Shown one piece after another: positions 47,628 to 62,200 of a stretch of DNA of 64,000 bases (its first letter is position 1; each line of letters begins with the position of its first letter). The translations under genes and the position numbers were made by a program. The stretch is from Eledone cirrhosa (Eukaryota). Location of the stretch: contig OZ024746.1 of the NCBI GenBank assembly GCA_964016885.1, positions 65,038,001-65,102,000 on the forward strand. The letters run 5' to 3'. The notes beneath the pieces were generated by a model. That model was not told the DNA's origin and searched no databases. It saw only the letters and a list, made by a program, of their open reading frames with translations.

Positions 47628-48059
47628 GAAATAAGATAGATTGAGGGGACGGGCGGGTTGGAATTTGAAACAATGTCTTTTGATAAAATAACAGGTCTAT
47701 TCCGAATACCAAGCAAACTTGGCGAGGTCGTCCTTTTAGTCGCCGACGACCCAACTTTGCAACAAGTTGTACTGAGTTAATTGTTACACGTAGTACCGCT
47801 CAACAACGACCTGACATACATATATGCATATAGAAGTACAGAAATGTATATTTCTTAAGCAGATATATGAGATGAGACTCCGTAAGTTTTTTATTTACCA
47901 CATACATGTAAAGTACATTATTTTAAAATGATAATTAAAGAATTGAGACAATTGAACTTCAAAATCTAAGAATTTATTTAAAACAGTAAACGGAAAATAT
48001 TGTTTTTTTTTGTTTGGTTTCGACGATTAATGTTTGTATTGAAATTTTATCTAAACTAG

Positions 48060-48270
48060 ATAAATGATGCAGGAATTCGACTGCTTTCTCTAAAAGAAGA
48101 ATGGAAAACAAAGCGCGCTTGGAGCGGAATTAATCACCACCACATGTATCGTTTCCGTGGATACCATGGTAGTTATGTTGTTCGCGTAAAGGCTGGAAAT
48201 GAATCACAGGAAGCTAATTTTGAAGTTGTCCCTGGGGACGGGAGGCAAATTGTGAAAATTAATTTCTCAG
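48060..48270 (+). CDS. GH10-WSC gene exon (INDAG..EEWKT..FRGYHGSYVVRV), post-catalytic beta-sandwich
   Basis: actag acceptor and G|gtaaat donor. The NxAG..EW.T..RGxxGxY pattern is typical of animal and plant GH10 C-termini. Confidence 0.9.
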
Positions 48271-48818
48271 GTAAATCTAGCTTTTAACTACTCTGCCAAC
48301 ACAAAAGAATTATGTCATGACATTGCCTCTATTTGTCAATTCTAAACAACTCCACCACGGGAAGGCCAGGAGCTGGGCTTCGCTTGTCAGAGGCTATGTG
48401 GAATACAAGCCGTTAGGGGAATTTCAGTAGAGAGTACATTCGAAGGCTTTCTCCTTCTCCGCCAATGATAACTTTAGGAGCATGTGAAGACACGCATCAT
48501 TACACATAGCTTGAAGGTTTTAAAGACTAGGCTCTTTTCATTTCACCTGGGTTTATTGTATTGATAATTTAACAACTTTGGCAAATAATAAGTCATTCAT
48601 AACGTTCATACATTGATATCATGAAAATTAATTTAATAAATGTCCAAACGAAGGCTTAGAAGTTCATTTGGCACCAACAAGATCTGAGTTAAATCCCCTT
48701 GAGGGCGTCTTTATACACATCTTCTAATACAGCTATGTAGCCTTAAGATGATCAATATATTGCAAGCAAAATTTTGTAGACGAAAATTGTACAGAGGCCC
48801 GCCTTACACAAACACACG

Positions 48819-48914
<96 letters not shown>

Positions 48915-49080
48915 CATTGAGATTTAAAATATGACTGCAAGATCCAATATATTAGCGGTGAAGAATAGATGATTAGATTGACCAGTCTTTGACTGGTACT
49001 TATTTTGTCAAAAGTCGTTGAATAAATGTATGAATACTTTCCATAAATGTGTGATCTTTTTATTTCTTTCCCTTTTGTAG

Positions 49081-49140
49081 CTCCACCTGATTCATCACCA
49101 GACATCGCCACTTTGGAAGATACACAAATGAAAAGCCCAG
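49081..49140 (+). CDS. GH10-WSC gene linker exon (APPDSSPDIATLEDTQMKSP)
   Basis: ccttttgtag acceptor and CAG|gtaaga donor. Symmetric phase 1-1, 60 nt. Confidence 0.75.
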
Positions 49141-49234
49141 GTAAGATAATATTAATATCTCCATTGCTTATTTGCGTTTGATGAACAGACGAGCGGATGC
49201 ATAAAAGGTTACAAATCTTGAATTATTAGCAATT

Positions 49235-49410
49235 AGGATTGGCAGAATCAGTAGAGGGCCGGACACCATGCTTTGCAGCATAGAGTTACGTCCCTTTACG
49301 GTCTGAGTTCAAATCGTGCTGAGGTTAACTTTGCCTTTCATCCTTACGGGATCGATAAAATAAACTACCATAATTGCTGGCCTTGTGCCAAACATAGAAA
49401 CAATTATTAT
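49235..49410 (+). mobile_element. tRNA-derived SINE
   Basis: Same consensus as the 40548 cluster. Confidence 0.8.
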
Positions 49411-50649
49411 ACAGTATTGAATGAAGGAGTATCCAGTAGTGATGGATTTCTCTGAATCTTTTAGTTTAATGGATACATAATTATGAAAGTCTTTGTGAAT
49501 ATCCATGCTGTTGCGCTTGCAGTAATTGAGCTTTGTGATCGTTGATCTTTTCCCCCTATTGATGATTATGTTTGCAATCTGACATAACATTTCTTTGTAT
49601 CGTATGATAGTTTGTACACAACTATAGTTCCTGTATCGTGTGAGTAAGCAAAATACCCTACCCATCTGACTATAACGAAGTCAATACGATGTCTACGGGC
49701 ATTAGGTATTTCAGCTTTTTCTTCTATAGATGACACACCACCTAGTTTCAGAAGACGCTTTTGATTTCTTAGCGAAATGGAATTTAGCACACACATCCTA
49801 TATTTAATAACACCAAGAGTGTTGAATTCACATCACAACAAGGATCAACGTAGATATAATGAACTTGTTTTACGTTGGAGCATGACCAATTACACATTTG
49901 TCAACGTTTGGTGGGTGGACAAAACAAACAAGTCAAATACCAACTAATGACTATATTAAAGGGAAACTAGATACGGCGTTGATACCACCAGATAGTATTG
50001 AAAATGTTGTTGCTGGTCTTGTTGTTATTGTCACTGTTGCTATCATTGCCTTCCTCTTGTTAATGGTAGTGGTAGTTGATACTGTTATCTATTTCGGCTT
50101 CTAGACTGGCTGCTGAAGCTCCAATGCCTTTGGTGAAATTTTAACACATTTTATGGATGTTATTTTGATAATGGCTGTAACGTTATTTAGTCTCATTTTG
50201 AAAATTATTGAAGTTAATGAACTAAGGTTATATATATGCGATAGTTTAAATATGGTCACTTTGAAAAGGAAAGGAAACCACATTCATTAACATCAGAAGA
50301 AGGTTGAAAGGAGTCTATGAACGAAATTTGAAGACATCAGGACAAATGGAATATGAAACGTATACAAAATCTAAATTGGTCCAATAGATGTTGCTGCATG
50401 ATTGGATTTAGAACGTACAATTACTAAACGAACCTCAAGCGAATAAGATGGACATTAAAAGTTTTCACAGGTATCATAACCGAGTAATCTTTGTACCATG
50501 CACGAATCACAACGGTGAAATACTTTAAGTATGTCATTGCCACCCGTTTAAGTATGTCATTAAGTATATCATTGCCAGACGTTTTAACATTTGATCTAAT
50601 TTCCTTTCTGCAAAGTCAGAAGAGCGTATTATTTGTTATTTATAAAGGC

Positions 50650-50838
50650 AGTGGGTTGGCAGTATCGGTAGAGGGTCGGACGCCATGCTTTGACGCATAG
50701 AGTTACGGCCTTTGCCATTCTGAGTTCAAATGCCGCCGAGGTTAACTTTGCCTTTCACCCTTACGGGGTCGATAAAATAAAGTACCAGTAATGCACTGGA
50801 TAATTGCTGGCCTTGTGCCAATAGTAGAAACACTTATT
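50650..50838 (+). mobile_element. tRNA-derived SINE
   Basis: Same consensus as the 40548 cluster. Confidence 0.82.
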
Positions 50839-51235
50839 TGTTATTTATATATGTTCATCGAATTGAATAGAGCTATTGAGATAACGTATATGATTAAGTT
50901 TGTAGTTTTGGGCGGAAACCCCTGTTAGATAGTCGTGTTATCAAGTAGAAGATTAGCAGAAATAGGAATTTACAGTTGCGGGTACACACGAAAGAATAAA
51001 CAACCAAAACAAATAATATGGAAGTTGAGTATTTATATTAGCAGTAACTCCGCACTACGAGTGGTTTGAAGACAAAAACGTCTTTATATTCCTATATATT
51101 TTCTATTGAAATTGCCGGGAGTTAGTACAAAGTTAAATAAAACTGGTAGCCCAGACATACACATACACACATATACACACACATACACACACACGCACAC
51201 GCACATATATGTATGTCTCTCTCTCTCTCTCTATA

Positions 51236-51320
<85 letters not shown>

Positions 51321-51328
<8 letters not shown>

Positions 51329-51715
51329 TTAAAAAATAATGAATAAAACAATGAAACAGTTCCTTATATTAAACAAAAAAAGTTCATTATTTAACGATCG
51401 TTTCTAGGATATATATGTGTTAGAATTGGCATACATATTCAACAGATCTATGTACAAAATTATACAAAATTATACAAACTATCAAAATTAAATATACATA
51501 CATGATTTTTCTGAAGACGGCATATATATGTGTTGGTATGTATATTTAATTTTGATAGTTTGTATAATTTTGTATAATTTTGTACATAGATCTGTTGAAT
51601 ATGCATGCCAATTCTAACACATATATATCCTAGAAACGATCGTTAAATAATGAACTTTTTTTGTTTAATATAAGGAACTGTTTCATTGTTTTATTCATTA
51701 TTTTTTTAATATTTT
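51321..51715. repeat. ~180-bp inverted repeat holding a long-helix-II hammerhead at 51505-51651(+)
   Basis: Same family as 27684. attttt CTGAAGA..GAAA cgatcg TT aaataat. Confidence 0.8.
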
Positions 51716-51848
51716 ATCTTGACTCTGTATTCCGTTTATCTTTCACCGAAAGTGATTTTTCATTGCATCTCTTCTTTCCATGATATCCGGATTACATTGA
51801 GTTCTTCATACGGATTGGACACTACCGTAAACTCTTGGTAGATTTATC

Positions 51849-51937
<89 letters not shown>

Positions 51938-52782
51938 ATGCGGGTGTGTGCCTGTACATACATATATACATACATACATATATGGTGGCTGCCAACTCGT
52001 TTTCGAGTACGGCCGCTACTTTATATCCATGTAGGAGAACCCCTACCGATGCGCTGAACGAGTGTGACTTTTTAGTCTAGCCAGCGACTTGAAAACTCTG
52101 GTACAAACACTACACCTGTGACAATCATTGACACATAGTGCTGGGCCCATGGTACCATGTGACGACAAGTGCAGAGAGATCTCCAGATACAAAGCAATGC
52201 TTGTGCCGTGAAGCTTTTATAGTGAGCAAAGGCACTGCACAAAGCCAGCCCCACTCTCTTAACCAAGATGATATTCACCAAAAAGAACAAGTCAACATCA
52301 TTGGATACCATCAGGGTTGCAGGTGTTATATCAGAGTTTTCCTTCTCCTAGAATTCTGCCTTGACAAAGGCTAAGGGGTCATCTCTCCCGGTGATTTTGG
52401 ATGGCCATTGACTCTTAAGAGCTCCTCTGCCCTTTGACAGGTTTTGTTTTTAGTCCTGCAGGATGTCCAAAGTCACCCTCCTCACCAAGAAACCTTGGTG
52501 GGGTTGCCAGTTTAGTCGCCAACGACCCGACCATGGGACAGGTTGTACTGGGATACATGTTACCAGTAGCACCAACTGGTGACCCGACATATATACATAC
52601 ATACATACAAACATACATACATATATATATACATATATATATATATACACTCCTTGGATATATATACATATATATACACTCCTTGGATATATATATATAT
52701 ATCCAAGGAGTGTAACGCTGAGTTACTGTAGGTTCCCGTCAGTATCGAGGTGTAGAGCTAGACAGAGTGTAATATAATAATA

Positions 52783-52964
52783 TTTTCTACTTTTGGCACA
52801 AGGCCAGCAATTACTCAGTGTATTACTGGTACTTTATTTTATCGACGCCGTTAGGATGAAAGGCAAAGTTAACCTCGGCGGGATTTGAACTCAGATCATA
52901 AAGGGACGTAACTCCATGCTTCAAAGCATGGTGTCCGACTCTCTACCGATACTGCCAATCCACC
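52783..52964 (-). mobile_element. tRNA-derived SINE
   Basis: Reverse complement of the consensus. Confidence 0.82.
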
Positions 52965-53097
52965 GAGGACGAATGGTTACTCCTTCATTACGTTTATTAG
53001 TTTGTGACGCGTGTTTCGCTACCGATCAGCTCAAGGTTCGATTTGTATCGATCTGGCCCGACTCTGGAATCAAAAGCTCGTCGGACCTCTGTTGTAG

Positions 53098-53139
<42 letters not shown>

Positions 53140-53202
53140 GGGGGGGCGGTCTGTGTGTGTGTGTGGGTGTGTGTGTGTGTGTATATATATACACACACAC
53201 AC

Positions 53203-53249
<47 letters not shown>

Positions 53250-54118
53250 TGTGTATATGTATGTGTGTGTGTGTGTGTATATATATATATACACACACAC
53301 ACACATATATATATATATACTTGTACATATATGTATTTGTGGTGTTCCATAATTGGTAGCTAGAGCTACGATTGAGTCCCTCCAATCAGCAAATCTATGG
53401 TGTTATAAGAAATAACCATTCGACATAATGTGTACTCTATATGTGTACTCTATATGTGTACTCTATATGGTATCGCATGTGTAGCGCAGGATGAAGTTAG
53501 ATACTTTAATAGCACAAAACCAAAGCCCTCTGTCTATCTATCTATCTATACATACATACATACACATACATGCACACACACACACACGCACTCACACACA
53601 CACACATACACAATATATATATTTATATATATATATAGAGAGAGAGACTAATTTTGTAATTAACAAAATATTAACAAATACCTAAACGATTATGTTTGAT
53701 AGTCCCAGAAATTATATTATCAACACTACTAATAAGAAATGACTCGTAAACATTTAGCAATAATTCCAATATCAACTTCAAAACAATTTACTTTATAAAG
53801 CAAGCGTTGTGTTTTGAAGGCAGCGAAGGTTGAAATTTAGTAGAAATAGAAGCTTTCGCCGTATTTTGGCTAAAGAAATTAGCCTGGTAGTGAGGTTTAA
53901 AACCCTCTAAATGGAAAGTACATCAGTAATCAACTGTTTCCATTTAGAGGGTTTTAAATCCCACTATCAGGCTAATTTGGTTTATCAAGATAGGGCAAAA
54001 TCTTCTATTACTACTAAATTTCAATTAATTTTGTTTACATATAAAGTGAAACAGTTGAAATCCTATTCAAGATCATACTATAATTTTTCTCGCTTACTCT
54101 ATTTTTGTTTTTAATCAG

Positions 54119-54450
54119 ATTTAAAATTAACGAGAGAGACTAGAAATACCTCCAAAAGAACCGATGAAGATAATGTGTACATTGGCTGCTATAAAGATGG
54201 TCCACGAAGAGCCATGGATGGTTATTACTATACAGATCATAATTCAATGACAATACAAAAATGTTTAAGTGAATGCCGAAAACGAAATTTCCTATACGCC
54301 GGCCTAGAATGGCGCTATGAATGTTTTTGTGGCAATTCTTATACAATATATGGCTCAAGAAATGAAAGTTGGTGTAATCGACCATGTACCGGGGACCGAC
54401 AACAGGTCTGTGGTGGGGGATATAGCTTATCAGTTTACGTAGTAAAAGCG
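54119..54450 (+). CDS. GH10-WSC gene exon encoding a WSC domain
   Basis: taatcag acceptor in phase 1 and GCG|gtaagt donor. YIGCYKD..MTIQKC..C..YAGLE..ECFCG..C..PC.GD..CGG..SVY, the eight-Cys WSC pattern. Confidence 0.92.
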
Positions 54451-54524
54451 GTAAGTTCATTTACGATATTTTAGCTGAGTGACTAAGTGTGTGTGTGTGT
54501 ATGTGTGTGTGTGTGTGCGCGCGT

Positions 54525-54590
<66 letters not shown>

Positions 54591-55664
54591 GCGCGTGTGT
54601 ATGTGTGTGTGTTATAATAAACACGTAGGAATGGGACGAGAATGATATAGGTGTGTGATGGGGTTCTGATTCGCCTCTTCGGGTGAAATATTTAATTTAA
54701 TTTCACTTTGACTGCTTAATCTGGGACAAAAGGACCGCAACCGTGACCCTTTAAAGGGCCACAGAGACTAGTGGACATGAGGGAGGGAGGTATCTTGAAA
54801 TTGGAGACCGGGTGAACTCCGCTCAATCCACTTAAGGACAAAGTGGTTGCATTCAACGTGACCGCAAATTAAGTCTACACACTTTCTGGTAGAAGATAAA
54901 TGCCAGTTATGTACTTGAGATTTAGGTCATCAATTTCACTACTTATCTCTCTATGGGTAGCTTTGTGTCAATGACAGCAGTCAATAATTTATCTTTTTGT
55001 TTAGTCAAATCCTGGACTACAATTTTAAATGTATTCTCCATTTGTTTAGGATACTAGGGTGTGTTTTGAAAAACGTTTTGGTTCTACTTCAAACAGATCA
55101 ATTATACATACAAATATAATTAAATATGAATGAGTGATAAAAGTGTGAACTGAATGTAAATTTATATATAATATTCAATTTTAGTTCTCGTCTTATATTT
55201 TCTTTATATTCGTATTCACACTAAGCTTAAGTACGTAAAATAGACATAGTTTCGGTTCAATAATATTTCTTCTAAATGTTCTTTTAACCATCTCTAGCGT
55301 ACGAAACCTCAGGGTAATATATCAATTGGTATTTGAGAGTGTTCATGTTTGCGTATTTAGGTTAATTATCTTACAAAAAGTCAGCCTGTTAAGGAAGCGG
55401 CATTTTATCTGCCGGTCGTAACTCTTGTCAGATGTGTCAGCGATTTTTCCCCTGACAAGAAACGGGATTCAGGCTCAGAACTCACGGAATAAATATCATA
55501 AAACATCCCATCCGACTCTAGCGATTCCATCAATCAATTACTTCTGGGTTGGTACATTATTTGTCCGCTCTGGAAGGAATTTGAATGCAAAGCTTTGAGA
55601 GCCGGAAAAGTACCCAGACATTGGATACAATTTTCTAATGAATTTGCTAATACTTAGTTAATGA

Positions 55665-55882
55665 TTGTTTCTACTTTTGGTAGAAGGCCAGTAATTTGAA
55701 GGGACGCGAAAAGTCGATTAAATCAATCCCAGTACGGTACTGGTACTTTATTGTATCGACCTCGTAAGGACGAAAAGCAAAGCTATCCGCGATGTGATTT
55801 GAACTCAGAAAGTAAAGTGCAGTAACTATATCCGCAAAACATGTTGTCCGACGCCCCACCGACACTGCCAATCCACCACCCT
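55665..55882 (-). mobile_element. tRNA-derived SINE, diverged
   Basis: Reverse complement of the consensus. Confidence 0.7.
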
Positions 55883-55962
55883 TACTAGGTTAATTTCGAT
55901 AATAAAAAACCCAGTAATAATATTCATAATAGTTTCCTAAATACATTTTCTTTTTATTTCAG

Positions 55963-56196
55963 ACAAAGTCAAATGAATCCGACACCAGTACTCATTCACA
56001 TTCCCTCAAACAAATAACTACATCAAGCATTCCACCGAACATTTCCACCACTTCCGCTAATATATCAGAAAATGGCTACGAGAACATAACAGAATATTTT
56101 ACTAAGGATAATGGAACAAAGACTAAAACTGCAGTATTTGAAGACGACCCAAATATCTTGCCGACTTTCAAAACTGAGAACAACACAAAAGGTTAA
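55963..56196 (+). CDS. GH10-WSC gene, Ser/Thr-rich exon (last visible; stop at 56194-56196 or weak donor after 56191)
   Basis: tttatttcag acceptor in phase 0. 77 open codons TKSNESDTS...ENNTKG with six N-x-S/T sequons. Confidence 0.72.
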   Translation, partial: TKSNESDTSTHSHSLKQITTSSIPPNISTTSANISENGYENITEYFTKDNGTKTKTAVFEDDPNILPTFKTENNTKG

Positions 56197-56430
56197 AGGC
56201 TTCTAGTAGTTTTTGTTATAATTATAGAAAAAAGTATATTTGTTGAATGAAATCGTGAGCTTTTGTTACGTTTTAATATATTTGTTTTTACTAAGGAAGG
56301 TCATTTAATATAATGGTATTTTGTTTTGTAATAAGTGTTTCTACTTCTGGCGCCAAGGCCAGTATTTGAGCTGAAGAGGACCATGTCATAGTAAAATACA
56401 ATATCTGAATAAACAAAACTTTTATTCGTT

Positions 56431-56805
56431 AGGTGGATTGGCAGTATCGGTAGAGGGTCGGACGCCATGCTTTGACGCATTGAGTTACGACCTTTGCCAT
56501 CCTGAGTTCAAATCCCACCGAGGTTAACTTTGCCTTTCATCTTTACGGGGTCGATAAAATAAAATACCAGTAATACACTGGGGTAATAGCTGGCCTTGTT
56601 CCAAAAGTAGAAACAATTATTATTAATAATTGTTTCTAAATTTGGCACAAAGCCAGCAATTTGAAGGAAGGGAGACAGTACATTACGATACCAGTGCATT
56701 ACGGGTACTTTACGAGATTTGAACTCAGAACTTAAAAGGACATAGCTATATATCGCAAAGCATATATATTGTCCGACACCCTACCGACACTGTCAATCCA
56801 CCGCC
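56431..56805. mobile_element. Two SINEs tail to tail (56431-56620 plus, 56628-56805 minus)
   Basis: Consensus matches in opposite orientations. Confidence 0.75.
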
Positions 56806-59020
56806 CCCTTTGCTGCGTGACAATAATTACTAATTATGAAAATTTAATTAACAAAAAAAGTGAATTATTCTCAAACTGCCTTCATAAAGCTTTATCTACA
56901 TTCGAAGCCTCGCAAAAGTCAGGAAAAAACACTAAATAAACAGGTTCTAATTTTTGACGTCTCTTATCAACTGTATACTTAAAACGTTATAACAGATTAT
57001 ACAACTTTAATTCTATGAATAAAAAAATAAAACATTATTAATGTTAAACTAAAGGGTCCTGCTTAGGTATATAAACATATTATTTGTTAACATGATCTCT
57101 TGATGAATATGCATACCTTTTGATTCTTTAAATATATTTAATTTAGATTAGGATCCTTACACATATGTATTTGTTTTAAATATAAAATTTAAATATATAA
57201 CTTATATGATTACCGGTTATAATTGAACAGTAAATCATTCATGCATTTATATATTTACTCATTTTGAGTGGTTTACGATTCAGAAAGTTAGATTTGTACA
57301 TTTTTATTTTTTTATATATATTGGTATAAACGTCACAAATGATACTAGTCGACACATATTGTTTTTTTTTCCACTTAACTTGATGTAAAACTTCAATTAT
57401 AACATTACTAATAATGATTGTACTTATTATTTATTATATGTATATCGTTTCACTAATACCTATAATACTCTCTATATATATATATTTGAACAAATCAGTT
57501 TATCTAGTATAATAACATGCTTCTAGTTATATTTATAAGTACTTTGGATACTTAAATGAATCTCTATTGTTATAATTGTTAGATATTTTCTAAATGTTCT
57601 AAATTATATAACGATTATTACTTAATTTAATTTAATTTATTTTAATTAAATTTGCGTTACCTTCGGGTCATTGAAATCCTTAGGTCCTCTCTTTCTTATC
57701 TTCGTGGACACTTTAGAAGTGTTGTTAGACTACTATATAAATCTTAAAAATAAAACTCACTTGTATTTTAAAACTATATTGTTGATATTGGGCACTTTTT
57801 ATGATCGCAAACAATTCATTATTTTTACTTTTTTACTTTTTATTTTTTATTTTGAATCTAGTCCTTATCCTTAGGATTCATGAAGTTTGACTTGTATATT
57901 TATAGTATATTTATATTAAATGATCCTATTATAATAATTGATCTAAAATATTAATTTTAACAATATTATCAGTAACTTATTTATTGTATTGTATTATGTT
58001 ATGTCTAAATGATAGGTATCATCTTAATCTTTAGACAATATAATCTTTGTGTATTTTTTTGATAAACGCATATATATAATTTAATAATCAAACTTTTTTT
58101 AAATTTAATTATAAGGCCTGTTGATCCTTTAGGCATTCAAAATGTCAATCTTAAAATTTAAAAAAAATTATAACTAATTATTTTCTAAATTATATAATGT
58201 GAATTATTTTCAATATAATATAAATAATTAAATATAATATAATAAATTTAGTAAAGTTTACCTTCGTGAGGATGTAAAAACATTATGTTTTCTTTCTCGT
58301 GTTTGTCAATGCTTTAAATTTGATTTCATAAAATAAAATTTGATTTTATAAATTAAATATGATAGTATACTTTAATATTAATACAGATATTTATTAACTT
58401 TTATAACCTAAAATATTATTCATTACTCTGAACTAACTTAAATTAAATGATTTGAATGTTAACGGTCAACCAGATATGTTTGGATATATATAGTATATAT
58501 AGATAATTATCTAAGAACTTGATATTAACCTTCATATAAATACACCCATTTATATTTAAGATTGATGAATACTTTTAGATAATTCAATAATTCAATGAAT
58601 CGAGTTTTTCTCTTTCCTAAAGCTATGCCCAAACATTGTTCTATATAGACATATACAATTAATCTTTCTCTATATATTACACTATAAAAATTATTCCTCT
58701 TTATCTCTCTCTCTGTAATCAACTCTCTTTTGCTCTCTATGCTCCTACTAGCTATATTATCCCCTCATCTGTTTTCTCTATGTGTTTCTTTTCTTTCCTC
58801 TTTCTTCAGTAATTTAAATTATTTGAATCTCTAACAGTTAAATTGCTGTTATATAATTTTTAAGCTTTCTCACACGCACTCTCTGTATTATATGTATTAT
58901 ATGTAAGTTTTTTCATGTTTCAATATTAAGGTATATAAATATTGAGTTATGTCATATCTTACTCACTACCATGACTGAATCTTAACCATCTACTATGTCA
59001 GGGTATGTCATGCATCATCT

Positions 59021-59087
59021 TATTTTATCTGATGAGGACGTACTGTTGAAGTTAACTCAGTACCTCTGAAATATGTATAATAAAATA
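59021..59087 (+). ncRNA. Type I hammerhead (family of 29840)
   Basis: tattttat CTGATGA ggac-gtactg..cagtac-ctct GAAA tatgta TA ataaaata. 8-bp helix I. Confidence 0.68.
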
Positions 59088-59224
59088 TACTTGATCACAA
59101 GAATATCTATTTTGTTAATATTTTGAATTAATATTAATAACTCCGGAAAACCATTACTGTTGAGTGCTTCCAATCTATTGTAAAACTCCTTCTTTGATTT
59201 ATTCATTGAACCTTGTTTAACCTT

Positions 59225-59260
<36 letters not shown>

Positions 59261-59263
<3 letters not shown>

Positions 59264-62200
59264 TGGAATAAATGCTCTGAAATAGCGATATATATGTGAA
59301 TATCGACATAGAATATTCGAAAATATTCTGTATGTTTATAATAAACATTTTGAAGACCTAATCGCTATAGAATAGAATACGTCACGTATTACAATTAGAT
59401 TCTCGATAAAAGCAAGGGAAGTAATCTACGCGTTTCATTCTCGTTAGAAATCATCAGGACTACATATCCAGTGCTTTTATCGAGAATGACACAGCTAGAG
59501 ACTTATAGAATACTTAGCTGTGTACAGGAACTGGTTTGAAAGAGCGGTTGCCGGTCCGGCAGAAATTAGAAATTGGAATAAATGCTCTGAAATAGCGATA
59601 TATATGTGAATATAGACATAGAATATTCGAAAATATTCTGTATGTTTATAATAAACATTTTGAAGACCTAATCGCTATAGAATAGAATACGTCACGTATT
59701 ACAATTAGATTCTCGATAAAAGCAAGGGAAGTAATCTACGCGTTTCATTCTCGTTAGAAATCATCAGGACTACATATCCAGTGCTTTTATCGAGAATGAC
59801 ACAGCTAGAGACTTATAGAATACTTAGCTGTGTACAGGAACTGGTTTGAAAGAGCGGTTGCCGGTCCGGCAGAAATTAGAAATTGGAATAAATGCTCTGA
59901 AATAGCGATATATATGTGAATATAGACATAGAATATTCGAAAATATTCTGTATGTTTATAATAAACATTTTGAAGACCTAATCGCTATAGAATAGAATAC
60001 GTCACGTATTACAATTAGATTCTCGATAAAAGCAAGGGAAGTAATCTACGCGTTTCATTCTCGTTAGAAATCATCAGGACTACATATCCAGTGCTTTTAT
60101 CGAGAATGACACAGCTAGAGACTTATAGAATACTTAGCTGTGTACAGGAACTGGTTTGAAAGAGCGGTTGCCGGTCCGGCAGAAATTAGAAATTGGAATA
60201 AATGCTCTGAAATAGCGATATATATGTGAATATAGACATAGAATATTCGAAAATATTCTGTATGTTTATAATAAACATTTTGAAGACCTAATCGCTATAG
60301 AATAGAATACGTCACGTATTACAATTAGATTCTCGATAAAAGCAAGGGAAGTAATCTACGCGTTTCATTCTCGTTAGAAATCATCAGGACTACATATCCA
60401 GTGCTTTTATCGAGAATGACACAGCTAGAGACTTATAGAATACTTAGCTGTGTACAGGAACTGGTTTGAAAGAGCGGTTGCCGGTCCGGCAGAAATTAGA
60501 AATTGGAATAAATGCTCTGAAATAGCGATATATATGTGAATATAGACATAGAATATTCGAAAATATTCTGTATGTTTATAATAAACATTTTGAAGACCTA
60601 ATCGCTATAGAATAGAATACGTCACGTATTACAATTAGATTCTCGATAAAAGCAAGGGAAGTAATCTACGCGTTTCATTCTCGTTAGAAATCATCAGGAC
60701 TACATATCCAGTGCTTTTATCGAGAATGACACAGCTAGAGACTTATAGAATACTTAGCTGTGTACAGGAACTGGTTTGAAAGAGCGGTTGCCGGTCCGGC
60801 AGAAATTAGAAATTGGAATAAATGCTCTGAAATAGCGATATATATGTGAATATAGACATAGAATATTCGAAAATATTCTGTATGTTTATAATAAACATTT
60901 TGAAGACCTAATCGCTATAGAATAGAATACGTCACGTATTACAATTAGATTCTCGATAAAAGCAAGGGAAGTAATCTACGCGTTTCATTCTCGTTAGAAA
61001 TCATCAGGACTACATATCCAGTGCTTTTATCGAGAATGACACAGCTAGAGACTTATAGAATACTTAGCTGTGTACAGGAACTGGTTTGAAAGAGCGGTTG
61101 CCGGTCCGGCAGAAATTAGAAATTGGAATAAATGCTCTGAAATAGCGATATATATGTGAATATAGACATAGAATATTCGAAAATATTCTGTATGTTTATA
61201 ATAAACATTTTGAAGACCTAATCGCATCGCTATTTCAGAGCATTTATTCCAATTTCTAATTTCTGCCGGACCGGCAACCGCTCTTTCAAACCAGTTCCTG
61301 TACACAGCTAAGTATTCTATAAGTCTCTAGCTGTGTCATTCTCGATAAAAGCACTGGATATGTAGTCCTGATGATTTCTAACGAGAATGAAACGCGTAGA
61401 TTACTTCCCTTGCTTTTATCGAGAATCTAATTGTAATACGTGACGTATTCTATTCTATAGCGATTAGGTCTTCAAAATGTTTATTATAAACATACAGAAT
61501 ATTTTCGAATATTCTATGTCTATATTCACATATATATCGCTATTTCAGAGCATTTATTCCAATTTCTAATTTCTGCCGGACCGGCAACCGCTCTTTCAAA
61601 CCAGTTCCTGTACACAGCTAAGTATTCTATAAGTCTCTAGCTGTGTCATTCTCGATAAAAGCACTGGATATGTAGTCCTGGTGATTTCTAACGAGAATGA
61701 AACGCGTAGATTACTTCCCTTGCTTTTATCGAGAATCTAATTGTAATACGTGACGTATTCTATTCTATAGCGATTAGGTCTTCAAAATGTTTATTATAAA
61801 CATACAGAATATTTTCGAATATTCTATGTCTATATTCACATATATATCGCTATTTCAGAGCATTTATTCCAATTTCTAATTTCTGCCGGACCGGCAACCG
61901 CTCTTTCAAACCAGTTCCTGTACACAGCTAAGTATTCTATAAGTCTCTAGCTGTGTCATTCTCGATAAAAGCACTGGATATGTAGTCCTGATGATTTCTA
62001 ACGAGAATGAAACGCGTAGATTACTTCCCTTGCTTTTATCGAGAATCTAATTGTAATACGTGACGTATTCTATTCTATAGCGATTAGGTCTTCAAAATGT
62101 TTATTATAAACATACAGAATATTTTCGAATATTCTATGTCTATATTCACATATATATCGCTATTTCAGAGCATTTATTCCAATTTCTAATTTCTGCCGGA

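Noticed and set aside
49440-50470. Possible decayed transposase or other coding remnant
   Set aside because: Composition looks coding-like, but I could not identify a diagnostic motif.
52000-52590. Possible RTE-type LINE 5' region (ttttccttctcctaga motif)
   Set aside because: Based on one recalled motif with no coding evidence.
57000-58750. Possible ancient PLE remnant (VIYR..YIEQ..KTRFIE at 58525-58722 minus)
   Set aside because: Very AT-rich, and the similarity is too fragmentary to call without a profile search.
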